IMG/VR virus record: IMGVR_UViG_3300042473_001265
Span: 186,001 to 250,000 of that record
Length of the DNA stretch: 64,000 nt
Reading direction: 5' to 3' (one strand)
Below the pieces are notes generated by a model. The model did no database searches. It saw only the letters and a program-made list of their open reading frames with translations, and had not been told where the DNA came from. A program made the translations under genes and the position numbers. Shown one piece after another: positions 57,912 through 64,000 of this stretch; positions within the stretch are counted from its first letter, which is position 1; every line of letters starts with the position of its first letter.

Positions 57912-58904
57912 ATGGCAACATCACTAGCAGAAATCCGAGCAAGACTCGCAGCATCCGAAGGTAACAACAAAGGTGGTTCATCCACTGGTGGCGATAACGC
58001 AATTTATCCACACTGGAACATGGAAGAAGGATCATCAACTACACTCCGTTTCCTCCCCGACGGCAACACCAAGAACACATTCTTTTGGCAAGAACGAGCA
58101 ATGATTCGTTTGCCATTCAATGGTATCAAAGGTGAAATGGAATCCAAACAGGTATATGTGCAGATTCCCTGTATGGAAATGTGGCAAGAAACTTGTCCAG
58201 TGCTGACCGAAGTTCGCGGTTGGTTCAAAGACAAAAGTCTCGAAGACATGGGCCGTAAGTACTGGAAAAAACGCAGTTACATTTTCCAAGGCTTTGTGCG
58301 TGAAAATCCAATGGCCGATGAGAAAACTCCGGCAAATCCAATCCGTAGATTCATCATTGGTCCACAACTGTTCACCATCATCAAAGGTGCCCTAATGGAT
58401 CCAGAACTGGAAGAAATGCCAACTGACATTCTGCGTGGCTTGGATTTCCGTATCACAAAAACATCCAAAGGTGGATATGCTGACTACAACACATCAAAGT
58501 GGGCTCGTAAAGAATCTGCTCTGACTGAGGAAGAACAAGCAGCCATTGACACCAATGGTCTGTGGGACTTGAGCACATTCTTGCCCAAGAAACCAGATGC
58601 AGCCGCTGTTAAGGTGATCAAGGAAATGTTCGAAGCCAGTGTTGATGGACAGGCCTACGATGCCGAGCGTTGGAGCGCATACTTCCGTCCAGCAGGCGTA
58701 TCCGCGCCAGCAGGCAGTTCTGATTCGGCACCTGCTGCTCATGTAGCACCTGCGGCAAAAGCAGCGCCCGCTGCGGAATCAGACTTTGACGAAGACGTTG
58801 AAGTAGCAGAAAAATCGTTTGCTGCTGAACCTGTTGCTGCTCCAAAATCAACACAGAAGGCCGAAGACATTTTGGCCATGATTCGGGCTCGTCAACAAAA
58901 GTAA
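57912..58904 (+). CDS. gp32: Single-stranded DNA-binding protein
   Basis: LRFLPDG, C..CPV, YWKKRSY, G.DF.I.K..GGYADY..S.W, acidic tail. Confidence 0.88.
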   Translation: MATSLAEIRARLAASEGNNKGGSSTGGDNAIYPHWNMEEGSSTTLRFLPDGNTKNTFFWQERAMIRLPFNGIKGEMESKQVYVQIPCMEMWQETCPVLTEVRGWFKDKSLEDMGRKYWKKRSYIFQGFVRENPMADEKTPANPIRRFIIGPQLFTIIKGALMDPELEEMPTDILRGLDFRITKTSKGGYADYNTSKWARKESALTEEEQAAIDTNGLWDLSTFLPKKPDAAAVKVIKEMFEASVDGQAYDAERWSAYFRPAGVSAPAGSSDSAPAAHVAPAAKAAPAAESDFDEDVEVAEKSFAAEPVAAPKSTQKAEDILAMIRARQQK

Positions 58905-58908
58905 ATTA

Positions 58909-59574
58909 ATGCTATCGCAGTTAGATTGCATTATATTTCCAGACCGCTGTGAGGTAATAGAAATTATACCCTCACAGCGGTATGTTTACCCAATTTTTAA
59001 AAATTGTAGTTCGAGTATATCGGTTGCGGCCAAAAAAAATAAATGGCGCACTTGTCTAAACGAACAAATTAACAAAATTAATAGCATTGATGTAATTTTA
59101 CGAGAACCACAAGATCGTTTGATATCTGGAATCAATACATTTATACAACTCGTCTTACGAGACAATCCTGGTCTTGATCAAAAAACGGTGCAATGGTTTG
59201 CCCAAAACTATTTGTTTTTGAACCGTCACTATTGCTCTCAATTTTTATGGTTAGTTAACCTGGCAAGATTTTTAAATACTGATACAAAATTAAATTTTAT
59301 ATCAATGGATGATGTTCATACAATAACTACGCTTCATAAAAAGCCTAGCGGAATTACACCAGCGTCTGCTGATTTTGTTACCGAGATTAATGAAATAAAA
59401 AACAATGAAATGCATCATCGAATCGATACAATTTTATTCAGATGCATCGGCAAGTCAATGAGCTTTGGTCAACTGCTGCAACATATAAACAACACTGACC
59501 CCACTGCATACAAGTATGTAATTGGACGGAGCCAACAAATATTAAAATCAACTTATGCATTGCCCCAGGCTTGA
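58909..59574 (+). CDS. Sulfotransferase-family-like protein
   Basis: PIFKNCSSSI (5'-PSB-like), LREPQDRLISG (3'-PB-like), HYCSQ. Confidence 0.55.
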   Translation: MLSQLDCIIFPDRCEVIEIIPSQRYVYPIFKNCSSSISVAAKKNKWRTCLNEQINKINSIDVILREPQDRLISGINTFIQLVLRDNPGLDQKTVQWFAQNYLFLNRHYCSQFLWLVNLARFLNTDTKLNFISMDDVHTITTLHKKPSGITPASADFVTEINEIKNNEMHHRIDTILFRCIGKSMSFGQLLQHINNTDPTAYKYVIGRSQQILKSTYALPQA

Positions 59575-60439
59575 TCATTTTGTTCGATTTAATTCAAACG
59601 GAACAATAAGTCGTTGCGGACACATGATTGATCCGGCACAGTTCGACTCATTGGAAGCAATGGATTCTAGTTCCTGGTTGAGTAATATACAAGAACAATT
59701 TAATAAAGATATTTGGCCCAAAGAATGTCATCGTTGCCAGGAGATTGAACAAAAAAATCTTAGCAGTATACGAATGTATGCCATCGAAGTTGATCAAGCA
59801 GAAACACAAAGAGACTACTTACAAGTAGGTGGTGTGCTGGATAATATATGCAATGCTGCATGTCAGACGTGTAATCCAGAGTGCAGTACTCGTATCGGAG
59901 CACTGGCCGGGAAAAATTTTCCCATAGTAAACAACAGCAATCAATTTTGGAATCTTCCACAAGAACGCATTGTACATCTGGACATCAACGGCGGCGAGCC
60001 CAGCTACAGTAAAAATTACAAACGATTACTTGCAAATCTTCCACCAAATTTAAAGACACTGAGACTCAATACAAATTGCAATGTGGTGTTAGACGAGTTG
60101 ACAGATATAGTCTCCAAAGGAATAGAAGTCACAGTCACTGTGAGTTGCGACGGAATTGAGTCAATGCATGAATTTATGCGTTGGCCAATAACATGGGATA
60201 CCTTTTATAAAAACTTAATAACATACAAAAGTATGCCGGTCAAGTTAAATCTATGGACCACTGTTAGTGTATTAAATGTCAATGACTTGCCTAACATACA
60301 GGCATTTGCTCGGGATCATAATATAGATCATAGCTATGCCTATCTTAAACACCCATATGAATTGTCAGTGGACAATACAGACATAGCAGCAAGAAACAAA
60401 TACATACAAAAACAAAAAGAACTCAGGGGCATTGAATGA
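59555..60439 (+). CDS. Radical SAM protein
   Basis: MHCPR..RC..CHRC; CNAACQTC; GGEP; NTN; VSCDG. Confidence 0.85.
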   Translation: MHCPRLDHFVRFNSNGTISRCGHMIDPAQFDSLEAMDSSSWLSNIQEQFNKDIWPKECHRCQEIEQKNLSSIRMYAIEVDQAETQRDYLQVGGVLDNICNAACQTCNPECSTRIGALAGKNFPIVNNSNQFWNLPQERIVHLDINGGEPSYSKNYKRLLANLPPNLKTLRLNTNCNVVLDELTDIVSKGIEVTVTVSCDGIESMHEFMRWPITWDTFYKNLITYKSMPVKLNLWTTVSVLNVNDLPNIQAFARDHNIDHSYAYLKHPYELSVDNTDIAARNKYIQKQKELRGIE

Positions 60440-60909
60440 AATATTATACTCTAGTAGAGTGCGCCGACGCACAGGTCATTGCTGATAAGATTTATAACTT
60501 CTTAGAGACTCAAACGGATCTATTAGAAAAAATAAATTTTGGTTGGAATTTTATTGATTGCAACGCAGTGCTTGTTCATGTGCCAGAATTGTTTGAGTTT
60601 TTTAAAAAGAACAAACTAGTACCAAGAAATGCAGCCATTACCATAATTGAAACCAACAAACATTTATCTCGCCATATTGACGAGTTACCAGTTGTAGCAA
60701 AAATGAATTTTCCTGTAATCAACACTCAAGGCTGGTCCAATCGTTGGTATGTTGATAACAATTTGGTTGAAGAATTACAAGATATGCCTGCTCCAATTGT
60801 GTTCAATTCGCAAGTTGAACACAGTGTAGAACTGACACATGCAACTGAATTTCCTAGAATCGTTGCCAGTTTTACATTCCATAACGAACCATTGCATCTA
60901 CTACAATGA
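60436..60909 (+). CDS. 2OG-Fe(II) oxygenase/cupin-like protein
   Basis: HID..FNSQVEHSV..R facial-triad-like pattern. Confidence 0.55.
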   Translation: MKYYTLVECADAQVIADKIYNFLETQTDLLEKINFGWNFIDCNAVLVHVPELFEFFKKNKLVPRNAAITIIETNKHLSRHIDELPVVAKMNFPVINTQGWSNRWYVDNNLVEELQDMPAPIVFNSQVEHSVELTHATEFPRIVASFTFHNEPLHLLQ

Positions 60910-61445
60910 AAATAGCAGTAACTGGACATACCGCAGGAATTGGCATGGCGCTGAGTGGTCAACTGACCAAGCAAGGCCACGAAATTGTTGGTCTCAGCAA
61001 AAGACATGGCGATAACATACGCAACATACCTAAAATTTGTGATCAAATTGAACCTTGTGACATGTTCATTAACAATGCGCAAGCTGGGTATGCACAAACT
61101 GAACTGTTGTTTGAAATGGCCGATCGCTGGGCAGGAACCGGTAAACATATTTTGGTAATTTCGACCATAATGACACAACAGCCTGTGTCACCATTGACCG
61201 GGTTAGATATGGATCATTATCGTGTGCAGAAAATAGCACTCGAAGAAGCAGTAAAACAAATACGCAATCGTAAATTAAAAATAAAAATTACCATTGTCAG
61301 GCCCGGTAACATAGCTACCAGCGCGGACAAAACTGTGCCGCCAGCCGCTGATGTAGACAATTGGGCAAGAACATTGATAAACTTACTCGATACAGCCAAA
61401 AACAATAATTTAGTGATTCCAGACATATCACTAGGACCCATTTAA
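60906..61445 (+). CDS. Short-chain dehydrogenase/reductase
   Basis: VTGHTAGIG, FINNA, YxxxK (YRVQK), RPG. Confidence 0.85.
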   Translation: MKIAVTGHTAGIGMALSGQLTKQGHEIVGLSKRHGDNIRNIPKICDQIEPCDMFINNAQAGYAQTELLFEMADRWAGTGKHILVISTIMTQQPVSPLTGLDMDHYRVQKIALEEAVKQIRNRKLKIKITIVRPGNIATSADKTVPPAADVDNWARTLINLLDTAKNNNLVIPDISLGPI

Positions 61446-61446
61446 A

Positions 61447-62601
61447 ATGACACCAAAAGATGTATTAACAAATAAACATTTTTGTCCTATGCCGTGGACA
61501 GGGCTAATGTACAATTTTGATGGCAAAGTTAAAAATTGTATTCGCAGTGACACGGCAACCGGACTGCTAGGAAATATTAAAAAAACACCAATTGAAGAAA
61601 TACTATTGGGCCCTATCAATGTAACTAAACAAACAAACATAACAAATAACAAATCGGCAGCTGGTTGTCATACCTGTTATGATTTAGAACATGGTAAAGA
61701 AGGGCTTGACATTATCAGTGATAGAATTTTTTACATAAGAGAATTTAAAAAAACGCCACTGGACACTTACCGGCCCGGCAATTTTGACTTACAAACCATT
61801 GACGTGCGGTGGACCAATTTGTGTAATTTTGCCTGTGTATATTGTAGTGAACAATTCAGTAGCAAATGGGCCAACGAACTCAATATCAAAATAGAAACTC
61901 CGGCTGATAAACAATTGTCAGACTTTCGGGAATACATCTATCGTCATGCTAAACAACTCAAACATGTGTATCTTGCCGGCGGCGAACCGCTGCTGATGAA
62001 GGAAAATTTAGAATTACTTCAAGAATTGAATCCCGATGTCAATCTTAGGATAAACACTAATCTTAGCAAGGTAGATACTGGAGTGTTTGATGCTGTTTGT
62101 AGATTTAAAAATGTCCATTGGACCGTAAGTGTAGAAACTACTGAAGATGAATTTGAATACATACGATTTGGTGGCCGATGGCAGGATTTTTTAGATAATC
62201 TAAACACAATTAGAAAACTAGATCATAAGATAAGTTTTAATATGTTATGGTTTTTGCTAAATCATGACAGTGTTTTTGATTGTGTAGATTATTTAAAAGG
62301 ATTGGGATTTCATAACAATAGCTTTGTGATTGGAGCACTGCTAGGCCCTGATTACCTAAACATTAGACATTTACCGGAAAATGTGTTAAACTCATTGAAG
62401 TTAAAATTAGAATCACGAATCAATGAGAATCCTGGATATCTACTTGAAGACAGTTATCAGAACATGCTACACTATATAACGCAACCAATTGAAAAGAATT
62501 TAACAAATTCGTTTGATCAATTAGCAATAATGGATCAGCGGCGTGAAGTAGACAGCAGTAAAATTTTTACAGAATTATATACACTCAAAGAAGGAAAGTA
62601 A
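61447..62601 (+). CDS. Radical SAM protein with N-terminal SPASM/twitch-like domain
   Basis: FCPMPW..NC..CHTC; CNFACVYC; GGEPLL; NTNLS. Confidence 0.88.
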   Translation: MTPKDVLTNKHFCPMPWTGLMYNFDGKVKNCIRSDTATGLLGNIKKTPIEEILLGPINVTKQTNITNNKSAAGCHTCYDLEHGKEGLDIISDRIFYIREFKKTPLDTYRPGNFDLQTIDVRWTNLCNFACVYCSEQFSSKWANELNIKIETPADKQLSDFREYIYRHAKQLKHVYLAGGEPLLMKENLELLQELNPDVNLRINTNLSKVDTGVFDAVCRFKNVHWTVSVETTEDEFEYIRFGGRWQDFLDNLNTIRKLDHKISFNMLWFLLNHDSVFDCVDYLKGLGFHNNSFVIGALLGPDYLNIRHLPENVLNSLKLKLESRINENPGYLLEDSYQNMLHYITQPIEKNLTNSFDQLAIMDQRREVDSSKIFTELYTLKEGK

Positions 62602-62603
62602 TC

Positions 62604-63662
62604 ATGGCAAAACCATTTGACATCTCAAAGTTCCGCAAGGACATCACAAAAAGCATCCAAGGACTCAGCATTGGATTCAATGATCCCACAGACTGGATTA
62701 GCACAGGCAACTATGCACTCAACTATCTAATCTCAGGAGACTTCAACAAAGGCATTCCACTGGGTAAAGTTACTGTATTTGCTGGTGAATCCGGCGCAGG
62801 CAAGAGTTATATTTGCAGTGGCAACATTGTAAAGAACGCACAGGATCAAGGCATCTTTGTTATTCTTGTTGACACAGAAAACGCACTTGACGAATCTTGG
62901 TTACACGCACTTGGTGTCAACACGGGTCCAGACAAGTTGCTCAAACTCAACATGAGCATGATTGATGATGTTGCCAAAGCAATCTCCACATTCATGACAG
63001 ACTACAAAGCACTACCAGAAGAAGAACGCATGAAAGTTCTGTGGGTCATTGACTCATTGGGCATGTTGCTGACTCCTACTGATGTCAATCAGTTCGAAGC
63101 CGGTGACATGAAAGGTGACATGGGTCGTAAGCCCAAAGCACTGACAAGTCTTGTTCGTAACTCTGTCAACATGTTTGGCAGTTACAATGTGGGCTTGGTG
63201 GCCACAAACCATACCTATGCCAGTCAAGACATGTTTGATCCTGATGACAAGATCTCCGGTGGACAAGGCTTTATCTACGCAAGTTCAATCGTGGTTGCCA
63301 TGAAAAAAATGAAACTCAAAGAAGATGAAGATGGCAACAAGATCACTGATGTCATGGGCATCCGTGCCGGTTGCAAAGTGATGAAAACACGCTATGCCAA
63401 ACCGTTTGAAGGCATGCAGGTCAAGATCCCTTACTCCACTGGTATGAGTCCGCATTCGGGACTGGTTGACCTGGCAGAGAAGAAAGAGATTCTCAAGAAA
63501 GAAGGCAACAGTTTGGTACTTGTTACCAGCGACGGCGAAATTATCAAACAGTTCCGCAAAAAGTGGGAAGCCAATGAAGGCGGATGTTTAGATAAACTGA
63601 TGGCGGACTTTGCCAATCAGAAAGAAGAAAAACCGGTACTCGAAACAACAACGGAGGAATAA
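62604..63662 (+). CDS. uvsX: RecA-like recombinase
   Basis: GESGAGKS, VDTENA, VIDSLG, TNHTY, SGGQG..YASS. Confidence 0.93.
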   Translation: MAKPFDISKFRKDITKSIQGLSIGFNDPTDWISTGNYALNYLISGDFNKGIPLGKVTVFAGESGAGKSYICSGNIVKNAQDQGIFVILVDTENALDESWLHALGVNTGPDKLLKLNMSMIDDVAKAISTFMTDYKALPEEERMKVLWVIDSLGMLLTPTDVNQFEAGDMKGDMGRKPKALTSLVRNSVNMFGSYNVGLVATNHTYASQDMFDPDDKISGGQGFIYASSIVVAMKKMKLKEDEDGNKITDVMGIRAGCKVMKTRYAKPFEGMQVKIPYSTGMSPHSGLVDLAEKKEILKKEGNSLVLVTSDGEIIKQFRKKWEANEGGCLDKLMADFANQKEEKPVLETTTEE

Positions 63663-63664
63663 CC

Positions 63665-63922
63665 ATGTCAGTAGACCTATCAAGTGAAATCTGGAATGAA
63701 CTAAAACGATACATCAACACAGTTGATCGTACAGAAGCAGCAGAAGTGTTGGTTTCTGTACTGGTTGACAATGACGTTGCCCCGGACGAAATTCGTGCCA
63801 CATTCAAAGGCGACACGGATGTCAAAGCAGCATTGGCCGCGTATATCAAGGATCTCGACGACGAGCCCGAAGAAGAAGACTTTGATCAAGACGATGATAT
63901 TGAGTCCGAGTACGAAGATTAA
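63665..63922 (+). CDS. Small acidic hypothetical protein
   Basis: GGAGG SD; 85 aa with an acidic tail. Confidence 0.7.
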   Translation: MSVDLSSEIWNELKRYINTVDRTEAAEVLVSVLVDNDVAPDEIRATFKGDTDVKAALAAYIKDLDDEPEEEDFDQDDDIESEYED

Positions 63923-63924
63923 TC

Positions 63925-64000
63925 ATGTGGCTCAGCCGTGTCACTAGTGATCTGGGAGCAATCCCAGATTTCATTGCTCACTTTGAGCAAGAACTCACTG
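63925..64000 (+). CDS. Probable recombination mediator (UvsY-like), truncated by the window end
   Basis: MWLSRVTSDLGAIPDFIAHFEQELT, open to the window end; located downstream of uvsX. Confidence 0.5.
   Translation, partial: MWLSRVTSDLGAIPDFIAHFEQELT

Noticed and set aside
1-64000. Stop-codon reassignment, inteins or introns in core genes
   Set aside because: Core genes (portal, capsid, sheath, terminase, UvsX) are intact under the standard code, with no evident intein or intron insertions.

Overview
The window is a 64-kb segment of a large T4-like (myovirus) bacteriophage genome, identified from protein motifs and gene order without any database search. It holds the head module (portal, scaffold, prohead protease, major capsid), neck and tail genes (gp13/14/15-like, sheath, tube), a tape-measure-like protein with a GH19 lysozyme domain, a roughly 13-kb cluster of Thr/Gly/Asn-rich fibre and structural genes, the large terminase, and recombination/replication genes (gp46-like, gp32, UvsX, start of UvsY). 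Between the core genes sit accessory cassettes: five radical-SAM genes, a TPR-glycosyltransferase, two Maf/DUF115-like proteins, sulfotransferase-like, SDR and 2OG-Fe(II)-like genes, and an ATE-like transferase operon. The most notable observations are: (1) a 414-nt, hairpin-dense, ORF-free region directly after a short GIY-YIG nuclease, a candidate nuclease-associated ncRNA or replication origin; (2) a likely -1 frameshift fusing two baseplate-hub/chaperone ORFs; (3) ten genes with TAAATA only 4-5 nt before the ATG, suggesting leaderless late mRNAs; (4) candidate capsid-targeted, protease-processed internal polyproteins; (5) a possible virion glycosylation/modification pathway. I recognised no tRNA, rRNA or CRISPR array.
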